Assembly (NCBI GenBank): GCA_965238175.1
Contig: CBDEGZ010000003.1
Span: 1,088,001 to 1,152,000, forward strand
Length of the DNA stretch: 64,000 nt
Reading direction: 5' to 3'
Source of the DNA: Gammaproteobacteria bacterium
GTDB lineage: Bacteria; Pseudomonadota; Gammaproteobacteria; CAJXQU01
A model generated the notes under the pieces. That model was not told where the DNA came from. It was given only the letters and a program-made list of their open reading frames with translations, and made no database searches. Of this stretch, positions 8,937 to 19,411 are shown in pieces (the stretch's first letter is position 1; each line of letters begins with the position of its first letter). The position numbers and the translations under genes are program-made.

Positions 8937-9557
8937 TTACTGCGAAGTGATCCATTCGCTAACGGCTATTTTTATTTTCAGATGACTATTTTCGATAGTC
9001 ATCTTTGTTGGCAGGTAATAACCATCTTTATGAATATATTTAGAAATTTTGATATTCCAACCGGCCTGTTTAAGCTTAGCGAGACGCTCATTACTATCTA
9101 AGACAATGTCTCGTTCAGGATCATCTGGGTAGGGTAAACCACGTAACCAGTAACCTAAACCACTGACAGGAAATTTAAATCCCAAGGTTTTATTCATCAA
9201 CGTTTCAGGATCTTTTGCGATTTGTTCTGTACCGTCAGGTAATAAAATTGAGACGTTTTCAGGAGTGCCGGTTAGATGATAGAGAGTTTGACTAAAAGGT
9301 GCAGTAAAGCGGATATCATATAGTTGATCTTGCTGTTTCCAACGAATACTTGAAGCAAAACCATCAGCCTTTGATTGTATAAAAGCCCGGCTATTCATTC
9401 GCCAATATTTCAATTCTGTTATGTGGATTTTGTGGGCTTTCCATTGATCAAAAACAGGAGATTCTGTCGCCACTTTGGAAAGGGGTAAATTTACACAACC
9501 AGAAAGGAAAAAAATAGTTAAGCCAAAGAAAAATATTCTTGTGGAATAATTGTTCAT
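8937..9557 (-). CDS. lolB: Outer-membrane lipoprotein insertion protein LolB
   Basis: Lipobox LSGC, P..GLGYWLRGLP and LKQAGWNI motifs; upstream of ispE. Confidence 0.88.
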   Translation of the reverse strand: MNNYSTRIFFFGLTIFFLSGCVNLPLSKVATESPVFDQWKAHKIHITELKYWRMNSRAFIQSKADGFASSIRWKQQDQLYDIRFTAPFSQTLYHLTGTPENVSILLPDGTEQIAKDPETLMNKTLGFKFPVSGLGYWLRGLPYPDDPERDIVLDSNERLAKLKQAGWNIKISKYIHKDGYYLPTKMTIENSHLKIKIAVSEWITSQ

Positions 9558-9648
9558 ATTGATTACTTTAAATGTGATCTTAATATTTGTAGTTTATTGT
9601 TTTGATTTATAGGTTCTTGTTATGAACTACCATTTATGGATTCTAATT

Positions 9649-11427
9649 TTAAGGGTTCAGACGTTGCAAAACTTTGAGCAAATTTTCATCTTCTGGCGTG
9701 GTTTTTAAGGCGTTATTAAGAACCTCGCGAGCTTCTTTTTTATCGCCTTTTACCCATAACACTTCACCAAGATGTGCGGAAACTTCTGGATCGTTGTTCA
9801 ATTCTTTTGCTTTTCTAAGATATTTGATGGACTCCTCAAGTTTGCCTAGTCGATAAAGAACCCAGCCCATGCTATCAAGAATATAGAAATTATTGGGGCT
9901 TAAATCCAGTGCTTTTTTGATATAGTCGTAAGCTTCTTCATAACGATCAGTACGATCTGCAAGTGTGTATCCAAGGGCATTGAGTACATCAGCGTTATTT
10001 GAGTTATTTTTGATGATCAATTTCAAATCTTGCTCAAACAAATCCAGTCGGCCCATTTTTTCGGCTAGCATAGCTCGGCTGTACAAGAGATCCGGATCGT
10101 GTCCATTCCCAATAGCTTCATCGAAGATCAATTTTGCTTCTTCAAATTTTCCTTCTTCGATAAGGATCTCGGTTTTTACACGAGCTAACTGAATTTTCTG
10201 TGCTTGGTTGTATGGTTGGATGTTGGTCAAAATAGCTCTTGCTTCATCTGGCTTCTCAAGTCGTGCTTTAGTAATTGCAATTTTGATCTGGGCATCAAAA
10301 TAATTAGGGCTAGTATTACCGATAGCTTCATACCATGTAATTGCGCCTTCAAGATCTTTCTCAAATTCTGCGATCTGACCAAGATAGTAACTAGATTCAT
10401 TAACCAATATTTGCTTGCTAATCATGTATTCGAACTGTTCTTTTGCTTCTTTTGCGTGGTTTGTCTGTAAGTTCAGCAGACCTAAAGCATAGTGTGCATC
10501 TGTACTGTCTGGATGAGAGACTGTGAGCACTTTAAAACCATCTCTAGCCTCATCGTAGCGACCAAGATCGGCTAATAACCGGGCATGAGCGATGCGATAC
10601 TCGAAACTGCCGGGGTTCTTTTTTAAAAGCTCCTCTAAATATTGAAAAGCAACATATTTACTACCTTCTTTTTCAAGAATACCAATGTAGACAAGTTGGT
10701 AGTTTTCATCTTCTGGGGCAAGTTTTGTTACTTGTTCAATAATACTTTTAGCTTTTGCAATATCTCCAGAGCGTAGCGTAAGTAAACCATAGGCGAACAT
10801 TGCCTCTTTATCATTCTGGCGACTCTGCATAAGTCGATCCATAACGTTCAGGGCAGTTTCTTTATCCTCAGGTTTATTCAGGAAGTTAGCCAGCATTTGC
10901 ATGGAATTACCGGTTTCTGCAGGATGTTTCTGCAGGATATTCTCCATTGTTTCCAAAGCTTTATTCGGCTGATCATTACGGATGTGCATTGCCGTAAGTA
11001 TTTGATGAGCTTCCATATTCTCAGGGGCATATTTAACCCAGAGCTTGGCTGCTTCCAACGCTTCTTTATCTTTACGAGCATAGATCATAATCCGTGTAGC
11101 ACGTTCTACCAATGCAGGATCTTTAATCTGTTGGGTGAGTTCTACATAATTATCGATTGATAAATCAAGTTCACCTCGTAGACCTGCAATTTCAGCAACC
11201 ATTAGTTTATAGAGCACGTCACCAGTTAGATCTGATGGAATACTTTTGGTTGATTGATTGTCCTTTGGATTTTCAGCGGTACTGACCTTTGGATTTTCAG
11301 CTGGAGTCGGGGTTGAAGGCTGAGGTTCGCCGGCAGTTTTAATGCCGCTACAACCGACCGTTCCTATTAAGACACACAGTGCAGCGCCTATGGATAAGAA
11401 TCGAGTAATGTTTGAGGTGTTTTTCAT
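9649..11427 (-). CDS. Tetratricopeptide-repeat lipoprotein (PA4667/LbcA-like)
   Basis: TPR repeats, LNALGYTLAD..DSMGWVLYR..HLGEVLW C-terminus, lipobox TVGC; lies between hemA and lolB. Confidence 0.88.
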   Translation of the reverse strand: MKNTSNITRFLSIGAALCVLIGTVGCSGIKTAGEPQPSTPTPAENPKVSTAENPKDNQSTKSIPSDLTGDVLYKLMVAEIAGLRGELDLSIDNYVELTQQIKDPALVERATRIMIYARKDKEALEAAKLWVKYAPENMEAHQILTAMHIRNDQPNKALETMENILQKHPAETGNSMQMLANFLNKPEDKETALNVMDRLMQSRQNDKEAMFAYGLLTLRSGDIAKAKSIIEQVTKLAPEDENYQLVYIGILEKEGSKYVAFQYLEELLKKNPGSFEYRIAHARLLADLGRYDEARDGFKVLTVSHPDSTDAHYALGLLNLQTNHAKEAKEQFEYMISKQILVNESSYYLGQIAEFEKDLEGAITWYEAIGNTSPNYFDAQIKIAITKARLEKPDEARAILTNIQPYNQAQKIQLARVKTEILIEEGKFEEAKLIFDEAIGNGHDPDLLYSRAMLAEKMGRLDLFEQDLKLIIKNNSNNADVLNALGYTLADRTDRYEEAYDYIKKALDLSPNNFYILDSMGWVLYRLGKLEESIKYLRKAKELNNDPEVSAHLGEVLWVKGDKKEAREVLNNALKTTPEDENLLKVLQRLNP

Positions 11428-11621
11428 ACTTGTTTTCAAGATAAAAATTTCATTGATTGTATGCGTATAATATATACCTTTCACAAGGTAAACTATCTAC
11501 TATGGATTGCAAGAGGCTAAGATAAGTTCAATAGTTTACATTTGATACCCACGCTGGCGACTACAAAACGTAATGCAAAACATATACCCACACCTATTTG
11601 TCCGAATAAAAAGATCCTCAT

Positions 11622-12881
11622 ATGTCTCTGTCCGTTTTCGGAGTTAATCACAAAACTGCGCCTGTCTCTATTCGAGAGAATGTTGCTGTTGATGCAGAAG
11701 GAATGGTGACTGCTCTTCAGAGCATTATCACCCAAAAAAGTGTTATGGAAGCGGTTGTGCTTTCTACCTGCAACCGAACAGAGGTCTACTGTTACCACGA
11801 CAATCTCTCTGATGATCAAAACAGGATTGCGATAAATTGGCTTAGTGAACATTTTGATCTTGAGGAAAAAGATCTACAACCTTATTTGTTCTCACTTAGG
11901 GATGACGATTCGATTCGACACTTGCTGAGAGTAGCTTGTGGTCTGGATTCAATGGTTTTGGGGGAGCCGCAGATTTTAGGGCAAATAAAACAAGCATACC
12001 GAGTTGCCGCAGAAACCGGTACTGTTGAGAAAACACTGAACAAATTGTTTCAACATTCCTTTTCAGTAGCCAAACGTGTTAGAACCGATACTACAATTGG
12101 TTCAAGCCCTGTCTCTGTTGCATTTGCTGCTGTCAGGTTAGCGCAGCAGGTCTTTGGAGAACTAAGTGATAAAACCGCATTAATGATCGGGGCAGGTGAC
12201 ACGATTGAACTTGCTTCCCAGCATTTGCAGGATAATGATTTAGGGCGAATGATCATTGCAAATAGATCGATTGAAAGAGCGCAGGTTTTAGCCTCTCGTT
12301 TTAACGGTGATGCGATTGCCTTGAAAGATCTTCCACTGCACCTGGCTGAAGCGGATATTTTGATCTCATCCACCGCCAGTCAACTTCCCATCTTGGGCAA
12401 AGGTGCCGTCGAGCGAGCACTGAAAGAACGTAAACGTAAGCCTATGTTTATGATCGACATTGCGGTTCCAAGAGATATTGAGACTGAAATCGGCAAGCTA
12501 GATGATGTCTACCTTTACACGGTTGATGATTTAGAAACCGTTATCGAAGAAAATCAGAAATCACGTCAGATCGCGGCTTTACAAGCCGAAGAAATTATTC
12601 TGGCAGAAACACGGAATTTTATCGGCTGGCAGCAATCTCTTGATGCTGTTTCGACGGTGCGTGCATTACGTGAAAATGTTCAGGCATCACAGCAAGAACT
12701 GATCAAAAAAGCTAAACAACAATTAACACGAGGCGAAAATCCGGAAAAAGTGATCGAGACATTAGCAAGAGGACTGATGCAGAAATTTATGCATACACCC
12801 AGTGTCAAATTAAGAGAAGCCTCAGCAGATCGGCAGGAAGAGTTGATCAATGCTGTGAAGGAATTATTTGATCTCCCATAA
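11622..12881 (+). CDS. hemA: Glutamyl-tRNA reductase
   Basis: LSTCNRTE, GLDSMVLGEPQILGQ and DIAVPRD motifs. Confidence 0.98.
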   Translation: MSLSVFGVNHKTAPVSIRENVAVDAEGMVTALQSIITQKSVMEAVVLSTCNRTEVYCYHDNLSDDQNRIAINWLSEHFDLEEKDLQPYLFSLRDDDSIRHLLRVACGLDSMVLGEPQILGQIKQAYRVAAETGTVEKTLNKLFQHSFSVAKRVRTDTTIGSSPVSVAFAAVRLAQQVFGELSDKTALMIGAGDTIELASQHLQDNDLGRMIIANRSIERAQVLASRFNGDAIALKDLPLHLAEADILISSTASQLPILGKGAVERALKERKRKPMFMIDIAVPRDIETEIGKLDDVYLYTVDDLETVIEENQKSRQIAALQAEEIILAETRNFIGWQQSLDAVSTVRALRENVQASQQELIKKAKQQLTRGENPEKVIETLARGLMQKFMHTPSVKLREASADRQEELINAVKELFDLP

Positions 12882-12933
12882 TGATGGTAGGACGTATGTG
12901 GTTCTTTAAATATTTTAGGCTAAGGGTTTCTGT

Positions 12934-13995
12934 TCAGGAATTATTTTTGTTCTTTTTGACTGCCGTTGCAAAATTTTCAATCACGTCTTCAGTTTCCCCC
13001 CAGCCCATACAAGCATCAGTAACGCTTTGGCCGTAGGTTTTAGCTTTTCCATCAACAAGGTTTTGTCGTCCGCCGATCAAATTACTTTCCAGCATAATCC
13101 CAAAAATCCGCTCTTCACCATTAGCAATTTGTTCGGCGACTTCTTTGCCTACATCAACTTGTTTTTCGTGATTTTTATAACTATTTGCATGGCTACAATC
13201 GACAATCAGTCTATTGGATAAACCAGCTTTATTGAGTAGCTGCGAGACTTTATCAATGCTTGTTGTGTCGTAATTAGGTTTACCGCTGCCGCCACGCAAA
13301 ATAACGTGGCAGTCAGGATTGCCGTTTGTCGCAATAATTGCAGATCGACCTTCTTTTGTCGTGCCGAGGAAATGATGCGGATGTGATGAGGATAAAATCG
13401 CATCCACCGCAATTTGTAAGCCACCATCAGTGGCATTTTTAAAACCGATAGGACATGAAAGTCCAGAGGCTAACTCACGGTGAACTTGGCTTTCGGTTGT
13501 TCTGGCGCCAATCGCACCCCAGGAGATTAAATCGGTGACGTATTGTGGACTTATTGGATCAAGGAATTCTGTGCCTGTTGGAATACCTTTTTCAGCCAGA
13601 TCGAGTAATAACTTTCTGGCGACCCGCAGACCTTTGTTAATCTCGAAGCTGTCATCCAGATTGGGATCATTAATCAAACCTTTCCAACCAACAGTAGTTC
13701 GAGGTTTTTCAAAATAGACGCGCATGACGATGAAAAGCTCATCTTTTGTTTTTTCGATCAAATCTTTTAGTCGATCTGCATATTCCAGCGCTGCATCAAC
13801 ATCATGGATTGAGCAAGGGCCTGTGATCATCAGTAATCGATCATCCTCACCACGCATGATGTTCTGGATTGTTTTTCTTGCACTAAGTACCGTTTGTGTG
13901 GCGTTTTCAGAAAGTGCTAGTTCAGAAATTAATTTTGCAGGCTCGATCACTTCGCGAATTTCGTCGATGCGCAAATCATCTGTTTTCATGTTCAT
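12934..13995 (-). CDS. DAHP synthase, class I (AroF/G/H family)
   Basis: GPCSIHD, KPRTTVGWKG, IGARTTESQ and DCSHANS motifs. The isoform cannot be resolved from sequence. Confidence 0.96.
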   Translation of the reverse strand: MNMKTDDLRIDEIREVIEPAKLISELALSENATQTVLSARKTIQNIMRGEDDRLLMITGPCSIHDVDAALEYADRLKDLIEKTKDELFIVMRVYFEKPRTTVGWKGLINDPNLDDSFEINKGLRVARKLLLDLAEKGIPTGTEFLDPISPQYVTDLISWGAIGARTTESQVHRELASGLSCPIGFKNATDGGLQIAVDAILSSSHPHHFLGTTKEGRSAIIATNGNPDCHVILRGGSGKPNYDTTSIDKVSQLLNKAGLSNRLIVDCSHANSYKNHEKQVDVGKEVAEQIANGEERIFGIMLESNLIGGRQNLVDGKAKTYGQSVTDACMGWGETEDVIENFATAVKKNKNNS

Positions 13996-14124
13996 TTTGT
14001 TCGTTTTAAGTATAGTGTCTGGCGCGTTTTCTGCGAGTTTATTGGGATGCTATATAGTATTTATTATCCTAAGCAGAATAACATACCATATAATTTGCAG
14101 GTATCAGAGATAATAATAGAGATC

Positions 14125-15006
14125 ATGACTAATCTTTTTCAAAACATCGCCAGACTAATCTTACTTTTGTTCACTTGTCTAAGCTTTAGTATGGCTCAAG
14201 CACAACCAATAAAGGATCCGGTTAAGGTCTTTGTCAGCGTTTTGCCACAAAAATATTTTGTTGAGCGGATTGCGGGTGAATATGCAACAGTTGAGGTAAT
14301 GGTCGGGCCTGGACATAGCCCAGAAACCTACGATCCGTCACCTAAGCAGCTAGCAAAATTATCACAGGCAAATGTCTATTTTTCCATTGGTGTTCCTTTC
14401 GAAAAAGTGTGGATGTCGCGAATAAGAACGATCAACAATGATCTTTTTATTGTTGATTCTGGTTTAGAAACAGAATCTTCTGATATAGAGCACGGACATG
14501 GACATGAAGATCCACATATTTGGACTAGCCCTGTTCAAGTAGGTTTGATTGCTGATCAAATTCTGGAATCTTTAATAATAGCTGATCTAGAACATGAGAA
14601 TGAGTTCAGAAAGAATCATGAAAGTTTCAAACATGATTTAGAAGAGCTTCATCAAGAAATACAGGCAGTGCTAGGAAAATGGGTTGGTAAAGGTGTTTTC
14701 TTAGTAATGCACCCTGCCTGGGAACATTTTGCCCAGACATATCAATTAGAACAGATAGCAATTGAGCATGAGGGTAAAAGTCCAAGTGCAAAATCATTAC
14801 AATATTTGATTAGCCGGGCGAAGCAAGAAAACATTAAGGTTGTGTTTATTCAAGATCAACATAGTAGCCGTATGGCTAATACGGTAGCAGCAGAAATTGG
14901 TGCAAAGGTCGTGCGACTTGATCCGTTGGCTGTAGATTTTTTACAAAATATGCGTAAGGTGGCTGAGGCTTTGGCGGAGTCGTTTAATGAGAGAACGCCT
15001 AAATAA
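14125..15006 (+). CDS. Zn/Mn ABC transporter substrate-binding protein (ZnuA-like)
   Basis: Signal peptide, His-rich HGHGHEDPHIW and HPAW motifs. Confidence 0.88.
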   Translation: MTNLFQNIARLILLLFTCLSFSMAQAQPIKDPVKVFVSVLPQKYFVERIAGEYATVEVMVGPGHSPETYDPSPKQLAKLSQANVYFSIGVPFEKVWMSRIRTINNDLFIVDSGLETESSDIEHGHGHEDPHIWTSPVQVGLIADQILESLIIADLEHENEFRKNHESFKHDLEELHQEIQAVLGKWVGKGVFLVMHPAWEHFAQTYQLEQIAIEHEGKSPSAKSLQYLISRAKQENIKVVFIQDQHSSRMANTVAAEIGAKVVRLDPLAVDFLQNMRKVAEALAESFNERTPK

Positions 15007-15044
15007 ATGAGTATTAGTAAATGAACATCATTAAGCGTGAATAG

Positions 15045-15773
15045 ATGAATAACACAATGATTAAATTAGAAAATGTCTCCTTTGGTTATGGTGGGCCAAC
15101 GGTATTGCAGGATATCGATCTGGAAATTAACAAAGGTGAATTTATTGGCCTGGTGGGACCAAATGCTGGCGGTAAAAGTACTTTGCTAAAATTAATTCTG
15201 GGGTTGATAAAACCATCGCGAGGGCAAATTAGTTCGTTTGGAAAACCAGTCAAAGAGGGTAGAGTTAGAATTGGTTATTGCCCACAGTACACCCGGTTTT
15301 CAAGAAATTATCCGATTACTGTCGAAGAAGTGGTTTTAATGGGGCGTTTAGGCAAAGCTCGTATTTTGGGTGGTTATTCAAAGAAAGATAAGGAAATCGT
15401 TCAGTCAGCAATGCGATCCACAGAGGTAGATTCGGTTAGAACGGAAAATATTTCGGATCTTTCCGGTGGTCAACTACAACGTGTTTTAATCGCACGAGCA
15501 CTCGCCTGTGAACCTGAGATTCTGATCCTCGATGAGCCCACCGCCAATATTGATCAACGAGTCGAAGTCGATATTTTTCAACTCTTGAAGCAGTTCAACG
15601 AGCGTATGACAATTATTGTTGTCTCCCACGATATAGGATTTATTTCTGAATATGTAACACGTGTTGCTTGCTTAAACAGAACACTCGTTTGTCATGAAAC
15701 CTCCGAATTAACCGGTGAATCAATCGAAAAGTTATATGGTAGTCACGTTAGCATGATCGAGCATAATCACTGA
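15045..15773 (+). CDS. Metal ABC transporter ATP-binding protein (ZnuC-like)
   Basis: GPNAGGKST, LSGGQLQR, LDEPT and VSHD motifs. Confidence 0.92.
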   Translation: MNNTMIKLENVSFGYGGPTVLQDIDLEINKGEFIGLVGPNAGGKSTLLKLILGLIKPSRGQISSFGKPVKEGRVRIGYCPQYTRFSRNYPITVEEVVLMGRLGKARILGGYSKKDKEIVQSAMRSTEVDSVRTENISDLSGGQLQRVLIARALACEPEILILDEPTANIDQRVEVDIFQLLKQFNERMTIIVVSHDIGFISEYVTRVACLNRTLVCHETSELTGESIEKLYGSHVSMIEHNH

Positions 15774-16609
15774 TGGAATTTGTCTTAGCACTTTCGGATC
15801 AACACTTTTTACGCTACGCATTGATAGCAGGTTTGTTAGCAAGTATCGGTTGCGGTGTAGTTGGAACGTATGTTGTTGTTCGTAACATTGGTTATCTTGC
15901 TGGGGGGATTGCACATGCTGTTTTAGGTGGAATGGGGATCGCATATTTTCTCGGACAACCGCCTTTGGGTGGCGCTATTCTTACAGCTTTATTGGCCGCT
16001 TTGTTAATTGGCTGGGTGAGCCTACGATGGAAGCAAACTGAAGATAGTTTGATCAGTGCATTATGGGCGGTCGGGATGGCTGTTGGCATTATTTTCATTT
16101 CACAAACGCCAGGTTATAACGCAGATCTGATGAGTTATTTGTTTGGTAATATTTTACTGGTTTCAAAATCTGATCTATTTTTGATGGCAGCACTTGATCT
16201 GGTTATTTTGATCTGTGTGAGTCTATTTTATAAACAGTTTCAGGCTGTTACATTCGACGAAGAATTTTCCAGGCTACGTGGAGTACATGCAGAGATATAT
16301 TATCTGCTTTTATTGTGTTTGGTTGCATTAACCGTTGTGTTACTAATTAGAGTGGTCGGTTTGATCTTAGTGATTGCCTTACTGACATTGCCTGCCGCAA
16401 TTTCGCGTCAGTATTTTGGAACTTTGTTTAAAATCATGTGTTTATCTATCATAATAGGCGGCATTTTAACGTTGAGTGGGTTGGCAATTTCATATGAACA
16501 GGATTTGCCATCAGGTGCGACGATCATTTTGATCGCTGGAATTGTATTTTTCGTTTCAACCATTGCAACCAAATTTTGGAGAGGAGTTGCTGCTAAACGG
16601 TTGGATTAA
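15773..16609 (+). CDS. Metal ABC transporter permease (ZnuB-like)
   Basis: ABC-3 permease motifs GIAHAVLGG, YLFGNIL and DLPSGATII. Confidence 0.92.
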   Translation: MEFVLALSDQHFLRYALIAGLLASIGCGVVGTYVVVRNIGYLAGGIAHAVLGGMGIAYFLGQPPLGGAILTALLAALLIGWVSLRWKQTEDSLISALWAVGMAVGIIFISQTPGYNADLMSYLFGNILLVSKSDLFLMAALDLVILICVSLFYKQFQAVTFDEEFSRLRGVHAEIYYLLLLCLVALTVVLLIRVVGLILVIALLTLPAAISRQYFGTLFKIMCLSIIIGGILTLSGLAISYEQDLPSGATIILIAGIVFFVSTIATKFWRGVAAKRLD

Positions 16610-16643
16610 AAATTATAGAAGTTGAAGAAGGGATGTGCATATT

Positions 16644-18110
16644 ATGAAAAAATTATTACTTATATCATTATTAGGTTTATCAGGTGTATTAACCACCGGA
16701 TGTGCAACTAATCCTGTTACTGGGAAATCTGATTTTGTTACGATTTCTGAGGATCAGGAAATAGCCATGGGCCGTCAAGGGCACGCAGAAGTGATGAAGC
16801 GCTATACGCTTTATGAAAACCCAGAGCTGCAAGATTATGTCCAGCGTGTCGGCAGAAAACTAGCCGCTGAGAGTCACCGACCTGAGCTGGTGTATCGATT
16901 CCATGTATTAGATAGTACAGAAATTAACGCATTCGCTCTTCCAGGTGGTTATATCTACATCACACGTGGTTTGATGTCTTACTTAAATTCAGAAGCAGAA
17001 TTTGCTGCCGTATTAGGACATGAGATTGGTCATGTCACTGCCCGACATAGTGTCAGACAGGCAAGTGCAGCACAGGTTGCAGGAATTGGTGCAACAATTG
17101 GTGCGATTTTTCTTCCTCAATTACGAACCCAGGCAGGGCAGCAAGTCGTTAATATCGCTGGTGGCGCGTTATTGAGTGGTTATGGTCGGCAACATGAGTT
17201 GGAGTCAGATCGATTAGGCGCAGAGTATCTCGCGCGTACAGGTTACACACCACAAGCGATGCTAGACGTAATTTCTGTTCTGAAAAATCAACAGGTGTAT
17301 GATCAAACTTTAGCCAAGGAAGAGGGGCGAGAGCCTCGGCAATATCACGGCGTTTTCGCATCTCATCCTGATAATGACACACGCTTGCAAGAAGTGGTTG
17401 CCTCCGCTAATCAATACCAGAAAACAGGTAATGAGATCCGAAACCAATCAGAATATCTAGCATTGTTAGAGAATCTGGTTGTTGGTGAGAGTGCAAGAGA
17501 AGGTGTACTTCGGGACGGTAATTTTTACCATCCTGAAATAGGATTTGCGATGAGCTTCCCTAAAGGATGGAAGGTACAGAATTTACCTGATCGACTAGTT
17601 GCCAGCTCGCCTGATGGTGGTGCAATTTTGCAAGTGGGTGTAGAGGATATCAATAAGCGAATATCACCACGAGAATTTATGCGCACAAGATTGAAACTCG
17701 ATTCGTTAAAATCAGAAGGTAAGCTTAATCCAGATGGTCTAGAGGGTTACAGTGCTGTGGCACCGATAAAAACCAGTTTTGGAACACGTGATTCAAGATT
17801 TAATGTGATCTATTTGAATGATAGTGCTTTTATTTTGGCTGGAGTGGTTAAAGAGGAGAGCCAGATACCTGCTTACGATAAAGCTTTTCTAGCATCGGCC
17901 AAGAGTTTTCATCGAATTACAAACAAAGAAAGAGAGCTCGCTAAACCGCTCAGATTACATATGATCAAAGTCGAACCGGGAATGACCATAGCAAAATTGG
18001 CCAGGCAGACACCTTTTACTGATCATGCGGAACAAAGACTTAGACTATTGAACGGACTATTCCCCACTGGTGAGGTTAAACCTGGACAGATAATTAAAAT
18101 GGTGAGATGA
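16644..18110 (+). CDS. M48 family zinc metalloprotease lipoprotein
   Basis: Lipobox TTGC, INAFALPGG, HEIGH (HExxH), E..SD..G and SHP motifs. Confidence 0.9.
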   Translation: MKKLLLISLLGLSGVLTTGCATNPVTGKSDFVTISEDQEIAMGRQGHAEVMKRYTLYENPELQDYVQRVGRKLAAESHRPELVYRFHVLDSTEINAFALPGGYIYITRGLMSYLNSEAEFAAVLGHEIGHVTARHSVRQASAAQVAGIGATIGAIFLPQLRTQAGQQVVNIAGGALLSGYGRQHELESDRLGAEYLARTGYTPQAMLDVISVLKNQQVYDQTLAKEEGREPRQYHGVFASHPDNDTRLQEVVASANQYQKTGNEIRNQSEYLALLENLVVGESAREGVLRDGNFYHPEIGFAMSFPKGWKVQNLPDRLVASSPDGGAILQVGVEDINKRISPREFMRTRLKLDSLKSEGKLNPDGLEGYSAVAPIKTSFGTRDSRFNVIYLNDSAFILAGVVKEESQIPAYDKAFLASAKSFHRITNKERELAKPLRLHMIKVEPGMTIAKLARQTPFTDHAEQRLRLLNGLFPTGEVKPGQIIKMVR

Positions 18111-18118
18111 GGAGATTT

Positions 18119-18146
18119 GGAACTTTATATTTAAGTGCTAGTCATA
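18119..18146 (+). promoter_or_regulatory. sigmaE (RpoE/AlgU)-type promoter
   Basis: GGAACTT-16 nt-TCATA matches the GAACTT-N16-TCnnA consensus. Confidence 0.65.
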
Positions 18147-18151
18147 TATAG

Positions 18152-18265
18152 CACGTTCTATTTTTATTGAACGCTCCCATCCTCCCTCCCTGGATGGGAA
18201 AATGGTTTGGTTATCCCCAATTGAACCTTGTTTAGCCCTGGAACTAAGTTCCGGGGCTTTTTTTT
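18152..18265 (+). ncRNA. Putative sRNA with C-rich loops (ErsA/sX13/Spot42-like locus)
   Basis: Three hairpins (two with C-rich loops, TCCCTCCCT and ATCCCC) plus an intrinsic terminator, directly downstream of the sigmaE-like promoter; no ORF. Confidence 0.6.
18234..18265 (+). terminator. Rho-independent terminator
   Basis: AGCCCTGGAAC-TAA-GTTCCGGGGCT followed by a T run. Confidence 0.85.
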
Positions 18266-18297
18266 ATATGAGGTGGGCGTGTTTTCAGTCGCTTAGT

Positions 18298-18723
18298 TTA
18301 TTCAACAGTAATTGTTATTTTATCTGAAACAACAGGCGGATTATGTGGAATATGCAAATGATTACCCAAAATCAATTGCAGTGTGTGTTTGCCTTTGCTG
18401 AGTTTAATAGTCGTTTCAGTTTGACCACCGCCAAAATGAATCACGTTACCGCCTAGTGGTTGATCCAATGCTGGTAAGCATTCGCCATCAATAATTAAAT
18501 GATGGTGCCCGGTGTTTGCTTTATCAAAGCCTGCAGGTGCAATGCCCATCTCTTTTAAACCGAATTTAATTGTTACTTGTTCTCCAACAGTTTCACCATT
18601 GTTGGGTGAAATGATATATGCCGATGCACCTTGTGGTGAAGCGGATTGTAAAGATTCTGTCGCTTGAACCAGTGATCCAATTGAAAGTATGCAACTTAGG
18701 AAGATTTTAATGAGATTTTTCAT
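18298..18723 (-). CDS. DUF4399-domain secreted protein
   Basis: Signal peptide, NTGHHHLIID, IHFGGGQTET and HTLQL..G..HIPH motifs. Start at MKNLIK. Confidence 0.85.
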   Translation of the reverse strand: MKNLIKIFLSCILSIGSLVQATESLQSASPQGASAYIISPNNGETVGEQVTIKFGLKEMGIAPAGFDKANTGHHHLIIDGECLPALDQPLGGNVIHFGGGQTETTIKLSKGKHTLQLILGNHLHIPHNPPVVSDKITITVE

Positions 18724-18805
18724 ATTTTTGACTCTTGTAAAGTAATAAAGTAGTTTTGCTTTATGTTGTTGGAAAGTATGAGCGGGATGGGTGTCTGGAA
18801 GTTCC

Positions 18806-19411
18806 TTAAGCCTGCTCAAACCACTCATCCAGTAATGTATATAATTCATCCAGGCCGGTACGCTTTGTGGCAGAAAAAAGTTGCAAACTGTGGATTTCAT
18901 TTAGCATCGATTGAACGTTGAATAAGGTTTTTTTAGCCTCGTTATTACTTAATTTATCGGCTTTAGTGAGCAGGATATGCACTGGCAAATCAATATGATC
19001 GCACCAGCTCAGCATGGATTGATCAAATTCTTTCATGGGATGGCGAATATCCATGAGCAGAATAACACCTCTAAGTGATTCTCGTGATTTGAGGTAAGTA
19101 GGCAATACTTGCTGCCAATGATCTCTTAGTTTTTTACCAGTTTTTGCAAAGCCGTAACCAGGCAGATCAGCTATTCGACAATCCTCGTCGAGATCAAATA
19201 ATACAATTTGCTGTGTTCTTCCTGGTGTTTTACTCGTGCGTGCGAGGCTTTTTTGTTGGGTTAGCGTATTGATAGAGCTGGACTTTCCGGCATTTGATCG
19301 ACCTGCGAAAGCAACTTCAATACCTTTATCAACGGGAAGTTGTTTGAGTGTATGTGCACTGTCCATGTAATGGGCCTGTCGATAAAATTTTTCAGGTGTA
19401 TGTTTACTCAT
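18806..19411 (-). CDS. engB: Ribosome biogenesis GTPase YihA/EngB
   Basis: [15 protein letters not shown] and TKADK motifs. Confidence 0.97.
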   Translation of the reverse strand: MSKHTPEKFYRQAHYMDSAHTLKQLPVDKGIEVAFAGRSNAGKSSSINTLTQQKSLARTSKTPGRTQQIVLFDLDEDCRIADLPGYGFAKTGKKLRDHWQQVLPTYLKSRESLRGVILLMDIRHPMKEFDQSMLSWCDHIDLPVHILLTKADKLSNNEAKKTLFNVQSMLNEIHSLQLFSATKRTGLDELYTLLDEWFEQA

